A DNA stretch of 63,996 bases, filler included, from Octopus bimaculoides (GCF_001194135.2; 6 parts of 6 records of this genome joined end to end with filler, not necessarily neighbours in it), one strand, 5' to 3'. Positions 1 to 12,443 are shown, counted from the first letter of the whole stretch. The notes: generated from the letters alone by a model not told the origin. Translations and numbers: made by a program.

Positions 1-42
<42 letters not shown>

Positions 43-48
43 GAGAGA
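1..48. repeat. (GA)n microsatellite
   Basis: Direct reading of the sequence. Confidence 0.95.
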
Positions 49-247
49 CAGACAGATTTATTCGACTGGCTCCAATATACTAGTTGTCTAGCCCTGTCTG
101 TCTCCTGGCACAGAGGAATCTAGTAGTAACGGTTATGGTGTTGTTGGTGATTGATATCTGTTTGGGTGTGCTTCTGGTAGTGAAACGTGATGATGATTGT
201 GGTGGCTAGAAGTACTAGAGTTCCTGATGTTTCTGTCACCCCATGTA

Positions 248-695
248 CAGGATGGACCAAAAGTCACGCACAAAATAAGTTCAAATATGCTTCAGAAATG
301 TCAACGACTTGATTCGATGTTTCTAAAATTGAATAGAATAACTAAAATACTGATGAATACATACGTACGTGATGAACAAAATTAATAATAACGGTTTCAA
401 ATTTTGGGACAAGGCCAGCAATTTTAAGGAAGGATATAAGTCGATTACATCGACCCCAGTGCTCGACTGGTACTTATTTTATCGATCTCGAAAGGATGAA
501 GCTCAAAGTAGACCTTGGCAGAATTTGAACTCAGAACGTGAAGACGGACGAAGTACCGCTAAGTATTTTGCCCGGTGTGCTAACGATTCTGTCTGCTCAC
601 CACCATGATGAACAAAATAAATAATAATGATATTAATTATAACATAATATAAATAAAATGTCAAATATTTTGGTGCGTACTTTTGGCCCATCCTG
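248..695. mobile_element. Tc1/mariner-type MITE with TA target duplication
   Basis: Left TIR CAGGATGGACCAAAAGTCACGCAC at 248; right TIR (revcomp) CAGGATGGGCCAAAAGTACGCAC ending 695; TA at 246-247 and 696-697. Confidence 0.85.
392..605 (-). mobile_element. SINE family B copy nested in the MITE
   Basis: Matches other family B copies (GAGTTCAAATTC..GCC box-B-like motif, TTCATCCTTTCG..GATAAAATAAGTACCAG core). Flanked by a ~22-bp direct repeat tgatgaacaaaat(t/a)aataataa at 370 and 606. Confidence 0.85.
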
Positions 696-1478
696 TACAT
701 TCGCGAAGGTGTCTGACCTGTAGGAAATAGTAATGATATGCCTCTCGAATTATGCCATGCAATCTTTAGAAAAAGAGGACACAACTATAGTTTAAGTTAC
801 ATTGTCTGTTATACGATGGGATGGTTACGGTTTTTTCGTGCAGCTGGAACCTAAACTGGTACCAAAAGATGGTGTCTTTAACTGCAGGAGTGCTATTTAC
901 AGCCAATTCGTTGAAGAAGATTCTACGAGATTAGCAGAGATCATCTTGTCAAGAGATTAGAAAGATCGATTGTAGTTTGGGAGGTGAGAGAGTCTACAGA
1001 CCGTGCGATGCCTCGGCTGCCTGTCCAAAGTACACACTGGAGCTTATTTATCACAGGAGGATGAGAGGCAAAGTAAATACGAGTAGGATTTGAACTCATA
1101 GCTTTTAGCAGTACTTGTAATAATTATTGACTTTTTTCATGGTTTGAGAAATGCATCACATGTAACAAAAATATTTACGTACATCTTGGAAAACAGAAAG
1201 AAATATTCAACAAATGCTGTGTGAGAAAACGACCTGACGACGAAATTTACAGATTTAGAACGTACCTATAGTCTGTTCTGGACATCAGCCCAATTATATC
1301 AATTACAAACGAAACAGATATATTCCGTAACTTTTAACAGCTAAGACAGTGTAATTTCTATCTTTTTCAGCTAAATTCTGTACAAAAGTATAATCATTTG
1401 GAATTGCTTGTGTTTTATTATAAGTACGCTGTCGTAATTTTTGTTATGGGGACATGTTGTTCGGATTACTATGCATTA

Positions 1479-2222
1479 CAGAGTGGCACACGAAAAAGCA
1501 GTCCAGGTTCAGTAGTATAGTGTAGATACAGAAATAAATTTATATTCACGAAGAAGCACCAAGCCTTTCGTTTACAAGAGTCATTGTGTTATTTCTGTTA
1601 TTCAGAAGCCATGAGCAATAATTTACTCTTTTGCTCTTGTCATCCACTTTTAAATGCTGCACACGTGTAAAATGATATGGCTCAACCTTACACTTTTCAA
1701 CACCCGTTGGAATGATCTCCTGCTTATGCGAAACTGCTGCTTATGTGTTGACTTCTCTGAACTTCAAGTAATTCTTTGTCGAGTGTCCCAAATAACTTTC
1801 GGCGTTCGAACTGTAGGGTCTCTTTGTTTTGGGACATTGTGCACTGACCTCGTAGTGGGTCACTTTTTCACCAACATTTGTATCGTTCTCTTTGTCAGTA
1901 AGCCTTTATCCGGAAACTTGACTTGGAAAATTTTCCGTGTTTGTTTAACAGAACTTGTTCTCACATACGCTTCCACAATCTCCACTCTTTCCGCAGAAAA
2001 GACTAGAAGTTGTTTGAATGCAATCTTACAATCAACTAATGTGGTGAAGATGCAGTGAGGATAAAGTAGCAAACAGTTGACTAGTGCGCCTCTTTGTTTA
2101 GCAGTCACAAGCAGTCAAAATAACACAATGATACTTGCAAACGACAGGCTGAGTGCTTTTTCGTGTGTGTAAGCTTATTTCTACGCTATCGAACTTGTGC
2201 CACTTTTTGGTGTGCCATCCTG
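1479..2222 (-). mobile_element. Internally deleted Tc1/mariner transposon with HTH (DUF4817-like) transposase N-terminus
   Basis: TIRs CAGAGTGGCACACGAAAAAG and CAGGATGGCACACCAAAAAG (3 mismatches in 20), TA on both sides. Minus-strand peptide FSAERVEIVEAYVRTSSVKQTRKIFQVKFPDKGLLTKRTIQMLVKK resembles mariner-like HTH domains; stops follow. Confidence 0.8.
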
Positions 2223-3913
2223 TATACAAGAGCTTAAAACATTGCTTTAAACAGACATTTATTAGTTTTTAAAAAACTCAAGAACGAAAATTTGCCATAC
2301 ACTATAGAATTTTAGAAAATAAAGTTTCTTTCTCACAGCTCTTTCTTCACATAAATTCACAAAGATAAGAGTCAACCATGGAACGGTGTGTCCCACACCG
2401 GCGTTTGTTTCCACGCTTTAAAGATGCCCAGGTGCTCTCAATTTGTTGATTACACTCAATTTGGTGGTTACACTCCTTGTGCGCATGCGCAGCATCTTTA
2501 GTTACTATAGAAACAGAGTTCTTCGCAATCAGCTATGAAACACGTGGTACTTCTTTGTTTAATATGCTAACAGAACTTTCCGGTGGTATGTAAAAATACT
2601 CGCTTCCGATTGGCTAAAATACCCAAATTTTGCAAATTTAAAAGGCTAATAACTTTTTAATTATGAATTTATAGGAAAAATGAATTTCATTTTCAAAAGT
2701 AGTTTAAAAAACTTAATCCACATACCAAATTTGAAAACAATTGGAACAAAATTGTAGACAGTGAAGATAACCACAAAGATCCCAGTTGGCCACAGAGGTT
2801 CGATGTGATTGATTTACCTCCCTCCCACAAAATATTTTGCCAAAATTTGAAACCAATATATATATACCTAGTGGTGACAGCCTGTTCTTGTTTGAGGAAT
2901 TTTGCTAGATTCTGTTACCCGTTCAAACAGGATTTTTTCATCCATGCGAGAGTTAGATTAAAACAAAAAAATTATTTGTGACATCTTTTTATGATTGTTC
3001 ATCTTGGGTATTTTATGTGTCATCAGCATATCTATTTTCTTTACTGTTTCAATTTTAGGATTTAGTTTTTTAAATTTTATCTAGCATCTTTTGAGAATTG
3101 TATAGCGATTCCAGTCAACAAAGGGCACATTGCTAGCTTTCTTGTGAGTTAGAAAAGTAATGGTAAACATTGATAACAGCCGTGTTAACCTACTCTCCTG
3201 ATCACAATAGTTCCCTATTACTGTATGATATTCAAACGTATAGTCGTTGGATATAAAACTTATGTAATAATTTCAGTGTTACAGTCTATAGAATCTAGGA
3301 ATAGTATGTTCCAGTATAATACTACAGAGCCATATGTTCTGGCTGGCACCATAAATATGTTCTTGGCACAGATGGTGTTTTTTTTTTCATTGCTGTTTAG
3401 ATAAGTTTAAAACATTCGTTAAACTCTCAAAATATTCACTTTACATTTGCTCATCTTTCACACAATTTCCCTTTCATCAACGGTTTTCATATTGACAATA
3501 ATGTATCTTAATTCACTAACCAGTCTTTTTTTTTTTTTCACTGCACCGGGCCATAAATTTAGTAGACTAAATTTATGTCTGGTCGTTATTTTATTGACTT
3601 CGGGAGGTTGAAATGCAAAGATGACTCACAATTTAGAGGTACGGAAATATGTATGTAAGGTTTTTAATGTGGAACTTCATAGTTTTTGCTAATCTGTCTT
3701 TTGTTATTTGTTTATATTATTATTACTGTTGTTAAGACAGCTGTAGTCGTGATGTGCGCAGACAAGAGATTTTTCAACTAGTAAAAGACCAACGTGATTA
3801 AAATTCAAGCCAGACGTTCATGTTGTATCGTTCAATCAGAACATCGGCGTGGCTGAGTTGCATTAGTCCAGATACGTCACCCGACCGGATGTTAATGATA
3901 ATGATGATGTAAT

Positions 3914-4137
3914 GGGAGCGAGCTGGCAGATTTGTTAGCATGTCGGACAAAATGCTTAGCGACATTTCTTCCGGCTCTTTATGTTCTAAGATCAAATTAC
4001 GCCGAGGTCAACTTTGCTTTTCATCCTTTTGGGGTCAATAAAATAAGTACCAGTTGAGCACAGGGGTCGGTGTAATCGACTTGCTCCTGCTTCTCAAAAT
4101 TGCTGGCATTGTGCCAAGATTAAATTAGAAAGAATCC
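3914..4137 (+). mobile_element. SINE family B (tRNA-derived head)
   Basis: Head GCGAGCTGGCAGA..GTTAGCA, box-B-like GATCAAATT, conserved core and tail shared with more than 10 copies in the window. Confidence 0.85.
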
Positions 4138-4283
4138 TTATTATTCTTGTTGTTATTAAGGAGACGAGTTAAGTTAGCAATGATGAACAATCGCAAACTA
4201 AATTAATATATTATACTGTTTCGTTTCGTACCACTACATTCATTGGGGAAAAAAATTATATAAATTATCTATAATTATATATA

Positions 4284-4457
4284 GGCGCAGGAGTGACTGT
4301 GTGGTAAGTAGCTTGCTTTACCAACCACATGGTTCCGGGTTCAGTCCCACTGTGTGGTACCTTGGGCCAGCGTCTTCTACTATAGTCCCGGGCTGACCAA
4401 AGCCTTGTGAGTGGATTTGGTACACGGAAACTGAAAGAAGCCCGTCGTATATATGTA

Positions 4458-4505
<48 letters not shown>

Positions 4506-4700
4506 TGTGTGTCTGTGTTTGTCCCATCGCTTGACAACCGATGCTGGTGTGTTTACGTCCGCGTAACTTAGCGGTTCGGCAAAAAAGAACGATAGAATAA
4601 GTACTAGGCTTACAAAGAATAAGTCCTGGAGTTGATTTGCTCGACTAAAGGCGGTGCTCCAACATGGCCACAGTCAAATGACTGAAACAACTAAAAGAGT
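4284..4700 (+). mobile_element. SINE family A, full length, with internal (TG)n
   Basis: Head GGCGCAGGAGTGACTGTGTGGTAAG..GGTTCCGGGTTCAGTCCC (box A/B-like), central GGTACCTTGGGCCAG, tail CAGTCAAATGACTGAAACAA; about 20 related copies in the window. Confidence 0.9.
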
Positions 4701-5109
4701 ATAATAATAAATGCTAAAACGAATTTCTGTGTGGCAGTGTGTCAAACTTTGACCCCCTCTCTCACTATTCAGTGACACTTCCACTATTCCTCGTGATGGA
4801 GTGAGAGTAATAGAAGGTATAGAGACGGTAGTAGATTGCCGGTTGTGACGGTAATGGAGTGATAGTAATAGTATGAGCTGTAGTTGTGATAGAGGCGGAG
4901 GCGATGGTGCTGGTGGTCAGTCAGGGATGACGGTGATAGTAAGCGATGTGAAAGACAATGGTGATGGTGGTGGAGGGAAAAGCGGCGAAGTCAAAGTTAT
5001 TGATGGTGGTGGCGTCAGAAGTCTGAATGGTGTGTGTATGGCAGTTGTGGTAGCGATGGTGGTGGTACTGGTGATGGTGATGGATGAAAACAATCAACAG
5101 AAAGAGAGG

Positions 5110-5151
<42 letters not shown>

Positions 5152-5245
5152 AAGGTTGACAGAAAAAATTGTACTGACCCCTGAATGGGAAAACAAAAAT
5201 TATATCATTGTTTTGATGAAAATTGTTCATTGCTTGAAAAATATT

Positions 5246-5345
5246 NNNNNNNNNNNNNNNNNNNNNNNNNNNNNNNNNNNNNNNNNNNNTTAATTAATTA
5301 ANNNNNNNNNNNNNNNNNNNNNNNNNNNNNNNNNNNNNNNNNNNN
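5246..5345. other. 100-bp assembly gap with artificial TTAATTAATTAA linker (also 8572-8671, 35790-35889, 40088-40187, 62443-62542)
   Basis: The pattern 44 N + TTAATTAATTAA + 44 N recurs five times; the linker puts TAA in all six frames. Confidence 0.9.
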
Positions 5346-5585
5346 TGTGTGTGTTTGTGTGTGTGTGTCTGTATTTGTCCCCACCACCACCACCAACATC
5401 GCATGACAACCGATGCTGGTGTGTTTACGTCCCCGTAACTTAGCGGTTCGGCAAAAGTGACCGATAGAATATGCACTAGGCTTACAAAGAATAAGTCCTG
5501 GGGTCGATTTGCTCGACTAAAGGCGGTGCTCCAGCATGGCCTCAGTCATATGACTGAAACAAGTAAAAGAGTATTTAAAAAAGAG
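5346..5585 (+). mobile_element. SINE family A 3' half
   Basis: Near-identical to 4520-4700; the 5' part falls in an assembly gap. Confidence 0.85.
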
Positions 5586-5591
5586 TAAAAC

Positions 5592-5609
<18 letters not shown>

Positions 5610-5625
<16 letters not shown>

Positions 5626-5861
5626 CAAATTTTGGCACATGGTCAACAATTTTAGGGGAAGGCGTAAGTCGATTACATCGACCCCACTGCTCTCTCAACT
5701 GCCACTTATTTTATCGAACCCTTCAAGTTCTGAGTTCAAATTCCGTTGAGGCAGAGAATGTCTTTCATCCTTTCGGGGTCGATAAAATAAGTACCAGTAG
5801 AGTACTGGAGTCGATATAATCGAGTAGCCGTTCGTGCAAAATTTCAGGCCTTGTGCTTATT

Positions 5862-5908
<47 letters not shown>

Positions 5909-6420
5909 CATGAATATTCAGAACTAAAAATTTCGGGCAGGTCAACTCTGCCTTTCATCTGTTTGTGGTCAATAAAATAAAATACCCACCAAGTACTGAG
6001 GTCGATATTATCGACTTAATCTTCGCAAACCCCATGTTTCAGGACTTCTATCTCTACTAGAAACAATTATTAGAAAGGAATATCGGCAGCATGGTCTGGC
6101 TGGGGTCAACTTTAGCTTTCATCCTTCTTCTGGGGAGGGCAGCATTCAATAAAATAAGCACCATTCAAGTAATGAAGTCGATATTAACTGTTACTTCCCT
6201 AAAAATATGGTGGCCTTTTTTTACTATATTAGAAATCATTTGCTTTGTAATTATTTTTATAATGGTAGCGGACTGACAGAATCGTTAACACATCGGATAA
6301 AACGCTTTGTGATATTTGTTCTAGCTTTTTAAGTCTGAGTTCAAATTCCGCCGAGGCTAACTTTGTCTTTCATCCTTCTGAAGTCGAAAACATAATCTAC
6401 TAGTCAAGTATTGCACTTGA
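5610..6420. mobile_element. Cluster of about 5 SINE family B pieces (first minus, remainder plus) with ATT/GTA spacers
   Basis: Repeated TTTCATCC..GATAAAATAAGTACC and GAGTTCAAATTCCG motifs at about 5720, 5910, 6100 and 6340; (GTA)n at 5862-5908. Confidence 0.75.
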
Positions 6421-6789
6421 TAAAATAAACAACTAATTAAATGGCTTTTAGTGACCATCCCCTCCCTTTCCACGTGTGATCTTCAGCCTATTTAAGAAAT
6501 TAGTATTATTTATAATATCACTAGAAACGTAAGATCCGGACTAAATGTTTTACGTACAAACCCAAGTAAAATCAATTTTGATCTTTTTATACTTTCGAGG
6601 TTGATCAGATAAATATCAGTAAAACACAATGATAAACTCAATTGATTATTTTCATCTGCTCTATATTAATGGAGAACTGTGCCAAAGAAAGCGATTGATA
6701 CCTATACACAAAACAAATGTTTGCAGTTGACGAGTACAGTTGTTTGATTCCATCGCTGCATCTTACTGGTAGTTATTTTGCCAGCTCTG

Positions 6790-7080
6790 AAAAGATGGGA
6801 ATTTATGTATACAGAACATCTTTCGGATGAGATGGTAACACAGACTAATAAAATCTTGTGGGAACAAGCGAGCCAGCAAACTATCGAAATCTAGATCAAG
6901 AAGAGGAAACGGAGATGGAATCGTGGTGTAGCAAAAGCAACACAGAGAAAGTTCACAGAAACTGAAGCATTGGCATGCGGCTATATATGGAAACAACTGC
7001 ATTTCATTGCCGAAGATCACGACAGATGGTGCTCTCTTCTTGGCGCCCTATCTTCTACACGGAGTCAACAGAATTAAAGA
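6790..7080 (+). mobile_element. RTE-clade LINE RT C-terminal fragment (decayed)
   Basis: Manual translation gives LCIQNIFRMRW, then after a frameshift LWEQASQQTIEI*IKKRKRRW...WKQLHFIAEDHDRWCSLLGALSST, typical of the RTE C-terminus. Confidence 0.7.
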
Positions 7081-7818
7081 AAGAAGAAAGAAGTAGAAAT
7101 GAGATAGTTAATACAAAGGGAATTTTAAAATGTAAAGTCTAGGAAACGCATGGTTTAAACGCTGTAAAATATTATATTCAGTATCTGTATAGATTCTGAC
7201 AATTTTACTGCAATTCTATTCCTTACATCGTTTTAACATATAATCGATTAACCACTATATGTCGGCGTATGCAGTATGGTTCTCAGTTCGGTGGCACTAT
7301 GATATATATATGGGACAAAAGTTCTATATTGTCATTCGACTGATTATATGTGTACCATAGGTCAGAACTGGCCCAGGCTACACAACAACAATTACAACAA
7401 CGCTATTAAAACAAAAGTCTGGCTTAGACAACCTATAAAGCAAAATGGAAAATAGACTGGTAGCTGTAGATATCAAGTCGTCATAACAAATTCCATATTA
7501 CCAACGAGACTGAGCAGATACGACAGAAAGTGACAGGAGCAGGTTAGAGGACAAGGAGCGAGCGAGACAAGGAAGGTAGCCATCATTTTCACTGCATATT
7601 TCTGTCATAGAAATCCTCTCATGTGAGAAATATATTCTTATAACTTGGAATTCTAGAGAAGATTTATTATTGAATTTCACAGATTTAGGAAGTAGGAACA
7701 AAACGTGTGTTTACCACTGTAGTAGTATATTAATAGTTATCTCTGTAGGTTGATAATGGAATCAGATCATGCGCACAATAATTCTGAAGAGTGCTTCATA
7801 CACACAAACGCACACATA

Positions 7819-7819
<1 letters not shown>

Positions 7820-7890
<71 letters not shown>
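7820..7890. repeat. (TA)n microsatellite
   Basis: Direct reading of the sequence. Confidence 0.95.
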
Positions 7891-7893
<3 letters not shown>

Positions 7894-7992
7894 CGGTGAA
7901 AGCGTCTGCGTGTAAGTGTAAATATTCGAAAGGAGTTATATATAAAATATGTGCATATTAACTATGTCTATGTGTTACAACACATAGACATA

Positions 7993-8031
<39 letters not shown>

Positions 8032-8169
8032 TATGTATGTATGTATATACATGTATATACATGTATATATGTATGCTTATATATATAATTATATATCTAT
8101 ATACGTATATATATATATATATATATATAAACATGTATATGTGTGTATGCATGTGGATGTGGGAGTGTG

Positions 8170-8328
8170 GGTGTGTGTGGATGTGTGGTAAGAAGCTTGC
8201 TTCCCAATACATGGTTCCAGGTTCATTCCTACTGCGTGGCACCTTGAGCAAGTGCCTTCTACTAAAGCCTCGGGCTGACCAAAGCCTTGTGAGTGGATCT
8301 GGTAGATGGAAACTGAAAGAAGACCGTC

Positions 8329-8371
<43 letters not shown>

Positions 8372-8571
8372 CATGTATGTTAGTGTCTGTGTTTGTCCCA
8401 CTGCCATTTCTTGACAACCGATGCTCGTGTGTTTGTTTGTCCCCGTAACTTAACAGTTTGGCAAAAAAAGGCCGATAGAATAAGTACTAGACTTACATAC
8501 AATAAGTCCAGGGGTCGATTTGTTCGACTAAAACCCTTTAAGGTGGTGCTCCAATATGGCCGCAGTCGAAT
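8170..8571 (+). mobile_element. SINE family A with internal (TA)n
   Basis: Same head, core and tail as 4284-4700; ends at a gap. Confidence 0.85.
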
Positions 8572-8671
8572 NNNNNNNNNNNNNNNNNNNNNNNNNNNNN
8601 NNNNNNNNNNNNNNNTTAATTAATTAANNNNNNNNNNNNNNNNNNNNNNNNNNNNNNNNNNNNNNNNNNNN

Positions 8672-9001
8672 AAAAGAAATGGAAAAACTTTCAAAATACA
8701 AAGACCTGGAAATAGAGATAACTCGAATGTGGAATCTAAAAACAGAAACAATTCCTATCATAGTAGGTGCTTTAGGTATAATAAAAAAATATTCAGACAA
8801 ATACATAACAAAAATAGCAGGACTTACAAATATATATAACATACAGAAAATTGCACTACTGGGTACTGCACACATTCTACGCAAAACACTTTCAATACAG
8901 TAAACATAAGAGCACCACAGCAAATCACAGCACATACCCAAGGCGCACAGAGCTGCGCTCGGTAGTGAAGTGAAAGCACGTTATAAAAATAAAACTACTG
9001 A
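8672..9001 (+). mobile_element. Dong/R4-clade non-LTR retrotransposon 3' end (RLE domain C-terminus plus 3' UTR)
   Basis: ORF 8679-8903 EKLSKYKDLEIEITRMWNLKTETIPIIVGALG...IQKIALLGTAHILRKTL matches the restriction-like endonuclease C-terminus of R4/Dong elements; followed directly by (TAA)n. Confidence 0.8.
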
Positions 9002-9004
9002 ACC

Positions 9005-9131
9005 ATAATAATAATAATAATAATAATGATGATGATGATGATGATGATGATGATAATAACAATAATAATAATAATAATAATAATAATTATTTTTTTTTTT
9101 ATAACATTATTATTATTTTTTTTTTTATAAC

Positions 9132-9164
<33 letters not shown>

Positions 9165-9165
9165 C
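9005..9165. repeat. Compound (TAA)n/(TGA)n/(TTA)n tract with a short internal duplication
   Basis: Direct reading; the block ttttttttttataacattattattatt occurs twice. Confidence 0.9.
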
Positions 9166-9169
9166 TTTC

Positions 9170-9380
9170 TCCCATAGCCACAAGGCCTGAAATTGTATGG
9201 GTAGTAGGTAACCGATTACATTGATCCCAGTGCTTGAGAGGTACTTTCTTTATCGCTCCGAGAGCGTGGAAAGCGAAGTCGACTTCAGCAAAATTTCAAC
9301 TTAGAATATAAAGATGAACTAAATGCCGCGAAGTACGTTTTCTGGCGTATTAAGGATTTTGCCGTCTTGCCGCCATGCAT
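9170..9380 (-). mobile_element. SINE family B
   Basis: Reverse complement of the family B tail (AGGCCTGAAATT), core and head. Confidence 0.75.
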
Positions 9381-12300
9381 AAAAATTATTATTAACGTAA
9401 AAGTGGTGATATTATTTCACTTGCTATTACTAATATTTAAACTAATACTATTACTGTTAATAATAATATCAATTGCAATTATAATAAAATTCTTAGTTAT
9501 AGCACTTAGAAGAGTAGGATTAACGATCCCAATAATTTGAAGTTAAGATACTCATGTTACGTAAATCATAACTATAATACGAAAATTGGTATTTGTATCT
9601 TTAATAGTAATAGTAATAACATGAATATGAAAATAGTAAAAATATTATTAACGCTAATAATAGTTTAAAATGAGAGACATAAACTGCCACTAATAGTCGT
9701 TCTGTGAATGGTTAGTATTTGCAATATAATGCCGCTTAAGATGCACCGAATTCAATAGACTTGAAAATTCGACAAGAATAAATATTAGGTTATCCACTGA
9801 ATTTAAGTGACATTACTTAGGTCATCTAGGTTCATTTTATATTATGAAAGTCAAATAACCAAAATCATTAACAAATTATACCTTTCAAATCAAGTATAAT
9901 AACAATAGTTTATATTATCACTTGGTCTATTATTAAAACTGGAAAAACTTACAAAGGTGCCACACTGCAGGTGACCTCTTCACTATAGTAAAGAGTCCAT
10001 TGAAATAGTGCGTCGTAATAGTGATTTTCTCCTTAACAGACAATATGACTCATTTACTCTTTGCTTACATCATTCTTTACATCATTTGTCTTTTACTATA
10101 TATTTATGTGTTCCATTCATCGTAGATAACTCTTTATGTTTATTTCGACCTTACCTCGCCATCAGAGGTTTCATCTGTTCGTATCCAGATATAATTAAGG
10201 CAAATATCAACCTATGGCGTACCTGTTATTCTAATGGAACCTGAATTTCTTTTGCTTTTTTATGTAGTACATAATTATATATTGATAGACACTCCTCATA
10301 TATTTCCAACACTGGTTTAATTTTATTTTCATTCCTTAGTTTGTGCCTTCACTCATTTTTTAAAGATTTTCAAATTTCTTGTAGAACTCATATATGCTCT
10401 GCAAACTGAAATGCTTATAAAATTTTCAGGAATTTAAAAACTTTTGGTTAACATTTGCATTTACATAACATTGGTCTTAGATATCATCCCTAATCTCTTC
10501 AACCTTATTTCTTTTGCTTTGATCTCACATGTCATTCTAGCTTGATTTACGTACATGGTTATTGTCATATGAATAGTATTTTATCAGTCCTAAATTGTTT
10601 ACCTTTTTTTTTTTTTACCTCTCTTTCTCTTGCCACTTCTTTCTCGATCTTTCCAACATCTCTCTAATATTTGTTACTAATATGATTTTACTTTTTGCTA
10701 CAGCCGTTTTATCTTCTTGGTATTAACTCTTCATTTCTTACAGCATTTTCATCCATATTTTATGTGGTGCTTTCCTACACATACAGTATTTACGACTACT
10801 AGACTTTTCTTTACATATCTACTTGCGGATGTAAAGGTTCGGTGAAGTGATGTTTATAACTTGAATTATATTACAATCCCTACGTAAGAACTGATATCAA
10901 TGTTTGCATTCTTGCTATATATCATTGCAACATAGCGTGCCTGTTTGCATAGTCACATAATTCGGCCACGGAGTCAGCGAAGTTTTGAAACTGTTGTGAA
11001 GATTATGAAAGACTATGTTTTATAATCTTGATACTATATAAACTGTTTGTCTAACTTCAATATTTCTATTATTCACACGAACTATGTGATTCATGTTCTG
11101 CATTATTATTTTCTTCACGCTCAGGATGTTCAATTTTATGAATCTGGTCTGATTTTGCACTATTAATTTTATATATTTATTAAAAAGGTAAGGGGTGTCG
11201 GTTCGTTTCTAACGCGTACTAATGACTATTTCTTCCTGACGGAGTCTTATATGCCTTAGGATTAGACTATATTCTACACTCCCTATAGGTGAAGGCTCAA
11301 ATTACATGCATGTGTGTGTGCGTCTATCCGTTGCGCGTCTCTCCGTTGCGCGTCTCACAGGTTTTATATAGCTTGTCTCTCCTTTTTCGAGATCAGCGAT
11401 AGTTTGTCGCTGGAACACGCTGATAGTATTTTGCTAGTGGAATGAGATTTGATCACTAGCTGAGGATTATCACACGTTGAAGTCGGGTAACTACACATAA
11501 AGCCGGGTCTGTGTGTAAAGCAAGAGATGGGAGTGATGACCTCCGCTCGCAATACTAATCGGACACACACTGTGTGCTGTTAGCCAGCTGGAGAAGTCTT
11601 CCTGAGGCTAAAAACAACAGTAACGTCGTCCTCTAATGGACTACTACATTTAGCAGGCAAATATATTTTACGATTTGATATATATATATATATATATATA
11701 NNNNNNNNNNNNNNNNNNNNNNNNNNNNNNNNNNNNNNNNNNNNNNNNNNNNNNNNNNNNNNNNNNNNNNNNNNNNNNNNNNNNNNNNNNNNNNNNNNNN
11801 NNNNNNNNNNNNNNNNNNNNNNNNNNNNNNNNNNNNNNNNNNNNNNNNNNNNNNNNNNNNNNNNNNNNNNNNNNNNNNNNNNNNNNNNNNNNNNNNNNNN
11901 NNNNNNNNNNNNNNNNNNNNNNNNNNNNNNNNNNNNNNNNNNNNNNNNNNNNNNNNNNNNNNNNNNNNNNATATATATATATATATATACATACAGGTAT
12001 ATGTACTGTAAATCTATTTTGCCACGTGTCGCAATACTTCTTACATATGTGCAACCTTTTCAGATAAGCGGTCCTTCTGGGTTTCGAGTGTTCTTCATAT
12101 ACCTTTCTCATAAAAAATGAATTAAACTGTCTGTATTAAACAGTTTTAAATAGTTAATATATATTCTCCATTATCTAATTGATTTTAAACGTTCTTCGGC
12201 AGTGTATCGTCCACATGCAACCTAGAAAGCAAGTGGCAAACCTACGTTGCTTCCATATACAAAAGGCTTGTATATATACTTCGGTATACCAATGCTAATG

Positions 12301-12443
12301 TTTATACTTTCAGCATCAAAGCCTTCATTCAGTACTCATTTAAAAGAAGGAGCAGTCCACCAAACATTATTAATAAATGTAGTACTTCGCTAAAGCCTTC
12401 ACTTTGGTTGTATAAGCCCAGTCAAATTCTTACAGTGGATCTT

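Noticed and set aside
5290-5301. Recurrent TTAATTAATTAA motif (five copies) as a biological repeat
   Set aside because: It is always centred in a 44N+12+44N gap and gives stops in all six frames, so it is an assembly linker.
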